Assembly: GCA_964572855.1 (NCBI GenBank) | Contig: CAZNGF010000002.1 | Span: forward strand, 30,551 to 94,550 | Origin: an uncultured Thermotogae bacterium | Lineage (GTDB): Bacteria; Bipolaricaulota; Bipolaricaulia; RBG-16-55-9; JAJCYT01 | Direction of reading: 5' to 3' | DNA: 64,000 bases | Shown here: positions 7,924-15,545 of the stretch, piece after piece | Numbering within the stretch: position 1 is the stretch's first letter | Layout of the letters: each line of letters opens with the position of its first letter | Translations under genes and position numbers: made by a program | The notes under the pieces: model-generated | Seen by the model: the letters and a program-made list of their open reading frames with translations, nothing else | The model's database searches: none | Told to the model about the DNA's origin: nothing

Positions 7924-8697
7924 TTGGCGATGGATTCAGAACAACTTCTTGCGCAACTGGCTCGGCTGCACGCCCAAGCCGCGCCGCAGGATCAAATCCT
8001 CAAGCTCAAGGAGGAGCTCGTTGAGGCCAACGTCGGCCTCGTGACCTCGATAGCCAAGCGCTTCGTCCACTCCGGCGAACCCTTAGAGGATCTCGTTCAG
8101 GCCGGCTACATCGGCCTCCTCAACGCCGTCCACAACTTCGACCTCAACCGCGGCACCAAGTTCTCGACTTACGCCACTTACCTCATCCAGGGCGAAATCC
8201 GGCACCACATCCGCGACAAGAACACCACCATCCGCCTGCCGCAGTGGCTTCAAAAGCTGAGCCAACAGGTCAAGCGCGCCGAGGAGCGTTTCTATCAGGA
8301 ACACGGACGCCTGCCCACCATCGCCCAGCTTTCCGACGCCCTCAACATCGAGGAGGACGGCATTCGAGAAGCCCTCAAGGCCCGCGAAGCGCTTCATTAC
8401 GTCTCCATCGATGCCGAGCGTCGAGAAGAGGATCCCCGTCCCCTCGCCTTCGACCCGAGCAAGATCCGCAGCAAACACCCGGACGAGTTCCCGATCGAGT
8501 ACAGGATTAAGATCGCCTCCGCCATCGAGACGCTCACCGACCTGCAACAGCGCGTCATCAACGACCTCTTCTACGCCGGCAAATCCCAAGCCCAGGTGGG
8601 CCAGGAGGTCGGTTACTCCCAGCGCCACATCTCCCGCATCAAGCAAGAGGTCCTCGATGCCATCAGGGGAGAATTCGACGAGCAGGACCCCGAATAA
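7924..8697 (+). CDS. RNA polymerase sigma factor, sigma-70 family group 3 (SigB/SigF/SigG-like).
   Basis: 257 aa. Region 2 (DLVQAGYIGLLNAVHNFDLNRGTKFSTYATYLIQGEIRHHIRDK) and region 4 HTH (QRVINDLFYAGKSQAQVGQEVGYSQRHISRIKQEVLDAIRGEF) are recognisable, with no region 1.1. A GGAGG RBS lies 10 nt upstream of the ATG. A TACAAT -10-like hexamer is at 7889-7894. Confidence 0.85.
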   Translation: MAMDSEQLLAQLARLHAQAAPQDQILKLKEELVEANVGLVTSIAKRFVHSGEPLEDLVQAGYIGLLNAVHNFDLNRGTKFSTYATYLIQGEIRHHIRDKNTTIRLPQWLQKLSQQVKRAEERFYQEHGRLPTIAQLSDALNIEEDGIREALKAREALHYVSIDAERREEDPRPLAFDPSKIRSKHPDEFPIEYRIKIASAIETLTDLQQRVINDLFYAGKSQAQVGQEVGYSQRHISRIKQEVLDAIRGEFDEQDPE

Positions 8698-8699
8698 GG

Positions 8700-8728
8700 T
8701 CTACGCGCCCGCGCTTCTAGGTATACTC
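8700..8728 (+). promoter_or_regulatory. Copy 2 of the GTCTA-N16-GGTATACT promoter-like motif.
   Basis: GTCTA at 8700-8704 and GGTATACT at 8721-8728. It lies 36 nt upstream of ATG 8764. Confidence 0.35.
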
Positions 8729-8763
8729 CCAAGCAACGATGGGACGCGGACGGAAGGACGCCC

Positions 8764-9057
8764 ATGAGTGATACCGCCAACGCGGACGATCGGGGGGAGT
8801 TCCTCGTGACACTGCTCAGCGACGTCAACAGCGCCATTAGCGAACTGGTCGACCTCAGCGTCGCCTGGTCGAACGGCGACTTCCCGCGCGCCCACGCCAA
8901 GTGCGACTTGGTTTTCGCGCGACTCGAGCGCGCCGCCGCGGCCGCCCAGGGAGAAGCAACCCGTTCGGCGCGTGCCCAACGTTACCTCCACCAGCTGGAC
9001 GACGTTCGCGACCAACTGACCCCGCTGCGCCCCATCCTCGCCAACCGCATCGGTTAA
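8764..9057 (+). CDS. Hypothetical protein (97 aa), acidic N-terminus, no recognisable domain.
   Basis: ORF directly downstream of the sigma factor gene and behind motif copy 2. The composition is protein-like (MSDTANADDRGEFLVTLLSDVNSAISELVDLS…). No signal peptide. Confidence 0.45.
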   Translation: MSDTANADDRGEFLVTLLSDVNSAISELVDLSVAWSNGDFPRAHAKCDLVFARLERAAAAAQGEATRSARAQRYLHQLDDVRDQLTPLRPILANRIG

Positions 9058-9074
9058 GCCTTCATCCCGTGAAT

Positions 9075-9102
9075 GTCTAACTCGGCCGCTTCCAGGTATA
9101 AT
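9075..9102 (+). promoter_or_regulatory. Copy 3 of the GTCTA-N15-GGTATAAT promoter-like motif, directly upstream of the second riboswitch leader.
   Basis: GTCTA at 9075-9079 and GGTATAAT at 9095-9102. The predicted TSS lies ~9108-9110 at the conserved leader element TTACCGCGGTCAAA, which is also present at 7084-7098. Confidence 0.4.
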
Positions 9103-9149
9103 CATTACCGCGGTCAAATGCCGCCGTGAAGAAGCCACAGCTTCACATC

Positions 9150-9222
9150 GCGAAAAAGGTAAACCCGCCGCGAGACGGGGACACAAAGCCACGGGTCTCT
9201 AGAAGACAGCCGGGCCGCCGAA
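9150..9222 (+). promoter_or_regulatory. c-di-GMP-I (GEMM) riboswitch-like aptamer, second copy.
   Basis: The sequence aaaaaGGTAAACCcgccGCGAgacgggGACACAAAGCCacgggtctctagaagACAGCCGGGCCGCCG has the same block order as the 7178-7252 copy. Differences sit at loop or compensatory positions (loop cttgc vs ctagaag). The aptamer ends 11 nt before ATG 9233 and directly abuts the RBS (GAAGGGGTGAAGC-ATG), which is consistent with translational control. Confidence 0.55.
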
Positions 9223-9232
9223 GGGGTGAAGC

Positions 9233-9748
9233 ATGAGACACGCAAACCTTAGCTTGCTCGCGCTTGGCGCGCTGCTCGTTTTCGTCGGCGGCTTTTGGGC
9301 CGATGGTGCAACCCAGACCGAGGTCGTTTTTCACCTCGCGCCGTTTCAAACCCTCTCGCTGGCGGACGGACCCTTCGGTGCGCGCACCGCTTACAGCGTG
9401 CACATCCCACAGCCCAGCGCGCGCGAACTCGCCCGCGGTCACGTCGACGTTCCGGGGGCGGTCACCCTCAACGTCCACAGCAACGCCCCGTGGGTCGTCA
9501 ACGTCCGCGCCCTCAGTCCGGACATGGGCCACAGCGACGACGGCGCCGTCACCAAGCCACTCGCCGACTTTCAACTCCGCGCCGCAAATCGCCCCTACAT
9601 CACACTCGATACCCAAGACCAACGACTCATCCAGGGAGACCACGGACGCTTCTCCTTCGAGGTGGACTACCGCGTCCGCTTCGACCCACGCACCCATCGC
9701 GACGGCGACTATGCGCTCGACCTCCTCTACACCATCACCAGTCGCTGA
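9233..9748 (+). CDS. Small secreted protein (171 aa), paralog of 7308..7745. Putative SCPU/Csu-like donor-strand pilin subunit.
   Basis: Signal peptide MRHANLSLLALGALLVFVGGFWA. Homologous blocks to paralog 1 are present, including the C-terminal …FEVDYRVRFDPRTHRDGDYALDLLYTITSR. The gene is preceded by riboswitch copy 2. Confidence 0.6.
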   Translation: MRHANLSLLALGALLVFVGGFWADGATQTEVVFHLAPFQTLSLADGPFGARTAYSVHIPQPSARELARGHVDVPGAVTLNVHSNAPWVVNVRALSPDMGHSDDGAVTKPLADFQLRAANRPYITLDTQDQRLIQGDHGRFSFEVDYRVRFDPRTHRDGDYALDLLYTITSR

Positions 9749-9802
9749 CCTATGTGGACGTGCGTCCTTGCCGCTGCGCTCAGTTCCCGCCAAACTGACC
9801 TC

Positions 9803-10840
9803 ATGAAGCCGCCCATCTACCTACTCATCGCCGCAGTGGTCCTGATTGTTGTCGCCCCGCCGGCCCAGGCGCTTCGCCTCTCCCGAATCGAGTTCGACCT
9901 CTCCCTCCCGCCCGGCGCGCGGGAAACCTTTTCCTTCCACGTTTTCAACGACGAGGCGGAGGAAACCACCGTTTCGCTCTCGCTGGCCGACTGGGATCGA
10001 ACGCTCGACGGCGAGAATCGTTTCTTCGAGCCCGGCACCAACGCGCGCTCGGCCAGCGATTGGATCACCTTCGCCCCCAACCAGTTCACCCTCGCGCCCG
10101 ACGAAACCGCCGAGGTCCGCTTCACCCTCAACGTCCCCCCCGACGTCCGCGGCACCCACTGGGCAGCCCTCTTGGTCGAAGGCTCGCCGCGCGAGGTCGA
10201 CACCCAGGGCGGGACCACCATCCTCGTTCGCCGCCGTTTCGCCGTCAAGATCCTGCAAACCCCTCCCGACACCGGGGCGCAGGACATACGGCTCCTCGGG
10301 CTCGACGTCGCGGGCCTTAACCCCCTTACCGTTCACCTTCGCGTCCGCAACGCCGGCACGCGCAACCTCGCCGCCGTCAAGGGCCGCCTCGAGCTGCGCG
10401 ACCAAACCGGCACGCTCGAATCCGTCCCCATCGAGGACTTTCCCATGCTTCCCGGCGCCGAGCGGCGCGTCACCGTCGCCAGCAAACGCTTCCGCAACGA
10501 GCCCTTCCCCGCCGGCCGCTTCCTCGTCCTCGCCATCCTAGATTTCGGCGGGGACGACCTGCTCGGCGGCCAGCTCAACCTCAACGTCCCAGCTATCCAG
10601 CTCGCCCCCCTGGAGCCTCAATTGTCACTGCCTCAGGACCTCGACCGGGACGGTCTGTTCGAGGATGTCAACGGAGACGGCCAACTGACCGACGACGACC
10701 CCGTCCTCCTCGGCTTCCACTTGGACAATCCGGCCGTCCTCGACAACCATCGCCTCTTCGATTACGACAACGACGGCGACGTGGACTTCGACGACGTGCT
10801 CGCCCTCCGCGCCCGCGTCGAAACCCAATCCGACGCCTAA
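9803..10840 (+). CDS. Secreted protein with an N-terminal fimbrial-chaperone-like (PapD-like Ig-fold?) region and a C-terminal dockerin-type Ca-binding repeat pair.
   Basis: The preferred start is ATG 9803, which gives the signal peptide MKPPIYLLIAAVVLIVVAPPAQA. An alternative ATG at 9752 lies 3 nt after the pilin stop. The N-terminal segment RIEFDLSLPPGARETFSFHVFNDEAEETTVSLSLADW resembles the chaperone N-domain pattern. The C-terminus DVNGDGQLTDDDPVLL…DYDNDGDVDFDDVLAL is a dockerin / EF-hand-like duplicated D-x-N/D-x-D-G motif. Confidence 0.5.
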   Translation: MKPPIYLLIAAVVLIVVAPPAQALRLSRIEFDLSLPPGARETFSFHVFNDEAEETTVSLSLADWDRTLDGENRFFEPGTNARSASDWITFAPNQFTLAPDETAEVRFTLNVPPDVRGTHWAALLVEGSPREVDTQGGTTILVRRRFAVKILQTPPDTGAQDIRLLGLDVAGLNPLTVHLRVRNAGTRNLAAVKGRLELRDQTGTLESVPIEDFPMLPGAERRVTVASKRFRNEPFPAGRFLVLAILDFGGDDLLGGQLNLNVPAIQLAPLEPQLSLPQDLDRDGLFEDVNGDGQLTDDDPVLLGFHLDNPAVLDNHRLFDYDNDGDVDFDDVLALRARVETQSDA

Positions 10841-10949
10841 GCCCTCCAGCTGTCCGCTAGACGAATGCCCGCCGCCTGACGGACTTGCGTCCCTGTGCTC
10901 CCGACTCCCCCGCGTTACATTGCACACAACATTGGGAAGGAGGACAATC

Positions 10950-11495
10950 ATGCGAAAGGTGTATTCCTGTTTAGCCCTGCTATTGCTTGCCGTTTCCCTC
11001 GTCTCAGCAGTCCCCACAGACGCCTATGCCCGCGACGGTGCGGCCGGCGGCGTCTTCTTCGATCCGGCCGGTGGTCTCTCCGACGGCGGCGTGCTCCCCA
11101 TGACCCGTCTAGTACTCGGCAGCGGCTTCACCGTTGCTCATCTCGACATCCTCTTCGGCATCTCCACCGCGTCCATCCCCAACCCGGGCGTTCGCTTCCT
11201 CCCGTATTGGGTCTTGAACTTCCCGCTCAAGTTCAGCTCCCTGGCCGTTCTCACACCATACTTTGGGGTCTCCCCGGTCCTCTTCACCACCAGCGCACTC
11301 GCCGTGCCGCCTGCCGCCGACTGGATCTTCAAGTTCGGCACCACCTTTACCTTCGGCGGTTTTGGCTTTTTCGCAGAAACCGGCTTCTTCGTCCCCTTGG
11401 CCTCGTTCCCGGCCTTCGCCGTAGGCTTCAGTGTCGATTTCGAATCCATGGATTCCCTCTTTTGCGACACGTGCATCGACGAATCCGTCTACTGA
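10950..11495 (+). CDS. Hypothetical secreted protein (181 aa), Gly/Phe-rich beta-rich C-terminal half.
   Basis: RBS GGAAGGAGG precedes the ATG. Signal peptide MRKVYSCLALLLLAVSLVSAVPTDAYA. No recognisable domain. It is the last gene of the accessory cluster. Confidence 0.5.
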   Translation: MRKVYSCLALLLLAVSLVSAVPTDAYARDGAAGGVFFDPAGGLSDGGVLPMTRLVLGSGFTVAHLDILFGISTASIPNPGVRFLPYWVLNFPLKFSSLAVLTPYFGVSPVLFTTSALAVPPAADWIFKFGTTFTFGGFGFFAETGFFVPLASFPAFAVGFSVDFESMDSLFCDTCIDESVY

Positions 11496-11620
11496 GTTCC
11501 GCCCGTACCGCAGAGCTTGCCGGCGCCGCCCGCAGCCGCAACCTCCCCTTGGGCAAGCTCCCCCAACGCGCCCGCTCGCCCCGTTTGCCGTCGCCATCGG
11601 GTCCGCCTACAATCCACGCC

Positions 11621-12646
11621 ATGGCCAATCGCAAATCCCACACCCCCGACCTCTCAACCGAACAGCGACGCTCGCTCCACCGTTGGATGCGCCTCGGCCG
11701 CCTCCTAGACGAACGCCTCCTCAAGCTCCAGCGCCAGGGCCGGATCGCCTTCTACGGCACTGCAACCGGCGAAGAAGCCGCCGTCGCCGGCAGCGCCTTC
11801 GCCCTCTCCCCAGATGACTGGATCTTCCCCGCACTTCGCCAAGGCCTCGCCGCCCTCATGCGCGGCATGCCTCTCGACGCGTACATCGCCCAGTGCATCG
11901 GAAACGCAAAGGACGTGGCGAAAGGACGCCAGATGCCCGTCCACTACGCCTATCGGGCCGCCAATTTCGTCTCCTGGAGTAGCTGCATCGCCACCCAGCT
12001 TCCCCATGCCGTCGGCATGGCTTATGCCGCCCGTCTCAAAAGACACGAACGCGTCGCACTCGCTTACCTCGGTGACGGTGCCACCTCCGAGGGCGACTTT
12101 CACGTCGCCATGAATTTCGCCGGCGTCTATCGCCTTCCCGTCGTCTTCTTCTGCCAGAACAACCAATGGGCCATCTCCGTCCCAATCGAACGCCAAACCG
12201 CCTCCGCCAACATAGCAGCCAAGGCGGCCGCCTACGGCTTTCACGGCACCCGAATCGACGGGAACGACGTGCTGGAAGTCTATCGAGCCACCCGAAAAGC
12301 CGTACTCAAGGCACGGGCCGGCCAAGGCCCCACCCTCATCGAGGCCGTCACCTACCGCGTCGGCAGCCATTCCTCCTCTGACGATCCCACCCGCTACCGC
12401 GACCCCGCCGAACACGAAGCCAGGAGCGCCAAGGACCCGATTTCAGCATATCGCGAAAAACTCATCGCCGACGCCATCTGGGATCCCGATCGCGAGCTAC
12501 AGCTCACCCAGGCCCTGGACCAACAAATCACCCGCGCCATCCGAGCGGCCGAAAACGCACCCTCCCTGCCACCACACACCCTCTTCACCGACGTCTTCGC
12601 CCAACCTCCCGCCTCGCTGACCAAACAGCAAAGCCAACGCACCTAA
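11621..12646 (+). CDS. Thiamine-diphosphate-dependent 2-oxoacid dehydrogenase E1 component, alpha subunit (PdhA / BkdA-like).
   Basis: TPP-binding motif region (…YLGDGATSEGDFHVAMNFAGVYRLPVVFFCQNNQWAISVP…), 341 aa. A TACAAT hexamer sits ~10 nt upstream of the ATG. The track ORF 10895..12646 carries a spurious R-rich N-terminal extension. No E1-beta, E2 or E3 gene follows. Confidence 0.8.
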   Translation: MANRKSHTPDLSTEQRRSLHRWMRLGRLLDERLLKLQRQGRIAFYGTATGEEAAVAGSAFALSPDDWIFPALRQGLAALMRGMPLDAYIAQCIGNAKDVAKGRQMPVHYAYRAANFVSWSSCIATQLPHAVGMAYAARLKRHERVALAYLGDGATSEGDFHVAMNFAGVYRLPVVFFCQNNQWAISVPIERQTASANIAAKAAAYGFHGTRIDGNDVLEVYRATRKAVLKARAGQGPTLIEAVTYRVGSHSSSDDPTRYRDPAEHEARSAKDPISAYREKLIADAIWDPDRELQLTQALDQQITRAIRAAENAPSLPPHTLFTDVFAQPPASLTKQQSQRT

Positions 12647-12708
12647 ACCCCTTGCTTTTCCCCTATCCCGCTCGTTAACCTAGGCCAAACAACTACCTGG
12701 AGGCACAC

Positions 12709-13203
12709 ATGCGCCCCACATTCATTGCAATCCTAGCCTCGGTCACCCTCAGCCTCGCCGCACCCCACGCTCAAGCCCAGTCGGTGTCTATCCTTCAACC
12801 CCTCCAAGACGCAACCGTCTGGGGCAGTCAGGTCACGGTACGTTGGACCTCCGACGACGCCGAGAACGCCGCCGAAACCACACAAACCCACTATCACCTC
12901 TTCCTGACAAAGGGCATCCAAACCGAACTGAACCTTCAACCCGACGAACCCATCGGCTCCGAAGCCATCCACACCACAGAAGAATCGCACACCTACACGG
13001 ACCTCTCCGCAGGCACATACACCTTTCACGTGGCCCTAGCCGACGAAAACCACGTTCCCCTCGAACCAAACGCCATCGCGACCGTCCAATTCAAAGTCCG
13101 CACCCCGGACGAACGTCCCACCGCAGACCTCCCCAACTGGCTCATCGTAACCGGCGTGGGCGTACTCCTCTTGGGAGCGGTCCTACTCACGCGTACCTTT
13201 TAA
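12709..13203 (+). CDS. Hypothetical exported protein with an Ig-like/beta-sandwich feel and a C-terminal membrane anchor.
   Basis: Signal peptide MRPTFIAILASVTLSLAAPHAQA and a C-terminal hydrophobic segment LIVTGVGVLLLGAVLL. No family recognised. Confidence 0.5.
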   Translation: MRPTFIAILASVTLSLAAPHAQAQSVSILQPLQDATVWGSQVTVRWTSDDAENAAETTQTHYHLFLTKGIQTELNLQPDEPIGSEAIHTTEESHTYTDLSAGTYTFHVALADENHVPLEPNAIATVQFKVRTPDERPTADLPNWLIVTGVGVLLLGAVLLTRTF

Positions 13204-13371
13204 GGCAAATTCGCATACAGGGGGGCGGGGAAGGGAGGCATGAACCCAAAACAAAAACATGCCTCCCTTCCCCGCCTCCCGAATACCCATCGCACACTGC
13301 CGACCAAGCTTCGTTTGACACGGGACGACACCGACCATACCCTATGCTCACTCCACCCAAGGAATGAAACC

Positions 13372-14316
13372 GTGGATAAACCAATCCTTATCTCCGGCAA
13401 CGCAAATCCCGAACTCGCTTCCGAAATCGCAACGCACCTCGAACTTCCCCTCTGCAACGCAAGCATCCGCCGTTTCGAGGATGGAGAAATCAGCCTCTAC
13501 ATCAGCGAAACAGTCAGGGGGCATAACGTCTACGTCCTTCAACCCACCTGCCCCCCCGTCAACGACAACCTCATGGAACTCCTGCTCATCATCGATGCCC
13601 TCCGCCGCGCATCCGCTCGCCAAGTCACGGCCGTCATTCCCTACTTCGGATATGCAAGGCAAGACAGAAAACACATCGGAAGGGTTCCAATCAGCGCCAA
13701 ACTCGTCGCAAACTTGATCACAACGGCCGGCGCCCACCGCGTCCTCACCCTTGACCTTCACGCAGGCCAAATCCAGGGATTCTTCAACATCCCGGTTGAC
13801 AACTTGCGACCCGACTACATCCTCGCCAATCATTTCCGCGACCTTCAAAGCGACCCGAACACCGTCATCGCCACCCCCGACATCGGCGGCGTCAAACGAG
13901 CCCGACAGCTAGCCGAACGCCTCAACCTCTCCCTCATCATCGTCGAGAAAAGACGCCTCTGGCAACAAGAACAAACCGAGGTCATGAACGTCATCGGCGA
14001 CGTCGGCGGCAAAAAGGTCCTCCTCGTGGACGACATCCTCGCCTCGGGTGGCACCATCGTCAACGCCACCAAGGCCCTCCTCGCCAGCGGAGCACGCGAG
14101 ATCTGGGCCGCCTGCACCCACGCCGTCTTCTCTTCAGGCGCCCTTCAAAAGCTCAACGACTCCCCTCTCAAACGCCTCGTCGTCACCAATTCCATTCCCG
14201 CCCGGCACGACGAAACACCCCTCGTCCAGCGCATCTCCATCGGCAAGCTGTTCGCCGAAACCATCAAACGGATCGACCATGGCGAGTCCGTCAGCAAGCT
14301 CTTCCCGCACGACTAA
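13372..14316 (+). CDS. prs: Ribose-phosphate pyrophosphokinase (PRPP synthetase).
   Basis: Canonical Prs motifs are present: RRFEDGEISLYISETVRGHNVYVLQ, the PRPP-binding loop VLLVDDILASGGTI, and DLHAGQIQGFF. GTG start at 13372 (VDKPILISGNANPELA…). Confidence 0.85.
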   Translation: MDKPILISGNANPELASEIATHLELPLCNASIRRFEDGEISLYISETVRGHNVYVLQPTCPPVNDNLMELLLIIDALRRASARQVTAVIPYFGYARQDRKHIGRVPISAKLVANLITTAGAHRVLTLDLHAGQIQGFFNIPVDNLRPDYILANHFRDLQSDPNTVIATPDIGGVKRARQLAERLNLSLIIVEKRRLWQQEQTEVMNVIGDVGGKKVLLVDDILASGGTIVNATKALLASGAREIWAACTHAVFSSGALQKLNDSPLKRLVVTNSIPARHDETPLVQRISIGKLFAETIKRIDHGESVSKLFPHD

Positions 14317-14463
14317 CCCCCTCGGCTTGACGTTCACTGATCCTTTCCGGTATACAAGATCAAAAAGGGCAAGCCAACTGCCATTCAACACCGCCCAAAA
14401 CCCACCGAGGAGGTGAGCGCTTCGCACTTCCAATCGTCTGCCCAACACATCAAGGAGGTTGCC

Positions 14464-15531
14464 ATGACACAAAGAAATTCGTTCGTCGCGGCATTGTCAC
14501 TACTGGCCGTTCTCGCCTTCGCCGCACCGACAACCGCCGAAACCCTGAGCGTCTGCCCATCCGGTTGCAGCTTCAATTCGCTCCAATCGGCCGTCGCCAA
14601 CGCCTCAAAGGGCGACGTCATTGCCCTCGGCGCCGGCACCTTCATCGGCCCCGTCCGCATAGACAAATCACTCACCATCAAGGGACAAGGCGCTTCCTCC
14701 ACCATCGTCGGCGGCGGCCTCATCGTCGGCGGCGTCAACCTCGACGTCCGCATCGAATCCGTGACACTCACCCGTGGGCTAAACGGGCTCGCCGTCCTTG
14801 GTATCTCCAATGTCGTCGTCCAGGACGTCACCATCGCCGAGAACATCGCCGACGGCGTCCTCGTCACCGACCGCTCGCTCGCCACCCTCTACAATGTCGA
14901 CGTCGTCCGCAACGGTTCGGTCCTCGCTGGCAATCCCGTCGGGGCCGGCCTCTCCGCCAACGGCGCCGGCCGCATCGTCACCTCCGACGTCACCATCGCC
15001 GAAAACGTCAGCGCGGGGGTGGCCGCCTTCGGCCAGTCCAACGTCCAGCTCGGTACCCTGACCCAGGTGCTACGCAACGGCACCGCCCAAGGCATCGTCC
15101 CCGGTTTCGGCGGCGAGGGCATCGTCTTCGGCGGAACCTCCACCGGTACCGTGGACGCCGTCCTCGTCCAGGCCAACGGCGCCGCGGGCATCGCCGTGCG
15201 GGAGTCCGCCAACGTCACCATCCGCAACACCCAGGTACTGCAGAACGCGGGCGTTGGCATCCAAATTGGCGGTCCTGTCTCCAGCAATCCCGACGTCGAA
15301 CTCACCGCAACCGCCAAGGTCGAAAACACCAAGGTTGCCCAAAACGGTTCCCACGGCATCCTCCTCGGCGACCTCGCCAAGGTGCTCGAATCCGCTATCG
15401 CTACCCTCCTTGGCAACGGCATCACCGACAACGGCGCCTGCGGGATCGCCCTGGAAAGCCACGCGGCCGACGCCACCATGGAAAACAATTTCCTCTCGGG
15501 CAATCCCGGGGGATCGGTCTGCCAACTCTAA
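14464..15531 (+). CDS. Secreted right-handed parallel beta-helix repeat protein (NosD / pectin-lyase-fold-like).
   Basis: RBS AAGGAGG, signal peptide MTQRNSFVAALSLLAVLAFAAPTTA. This is followed by SLQSAVANASKGDVIALGAGTFIGPVRIDKSLTIKGQG and many ~22-aa repeats with conserved N/G/V positions, typical of PbH1 repeats. Confidence 0.65.
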   Translation: MTQRNSFVAALSLLAVLAFAAPTTAETLSVCPSGCSFNSLQSAVANASKGDVIALGAGTFIGPVRIDKSLTIKGQGASSTIVGGGLIVGGVNLDVRIESVTLTRGLNGLAVLGISNVVVQDVTIAENIADGVLVTDRSLATLYNVDVVRNGSVLAGNPVGAGLSANGAGRIVTSDVTIAENVSAGVAAFGQSNVQLGTLTQVLRNGTAQGIVPGFGGEGIVFGGTSTGTVDAVLVQANGAAGIAVRESANVTIRNTQVLQNAGVGIQIGGPVSSNPDVELTATAKVENTKVAQNGSHGILLGDLAKVLESAIATLLGNGITDNGACGIALESHAADATMENNFLSGNPGGSVCQL

Positions 15532-15545
15532 TCAAGGAGGTTCCC

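Noticed and set aside
10895-12646. 583-aa track ORF for the E1-alpha region.
   Set aside because: The N-terminal 240 residues are Arg/Pro/Leu-rich run-through overlapping the upstream secreted-protein gene. The real start is ATG 11621.
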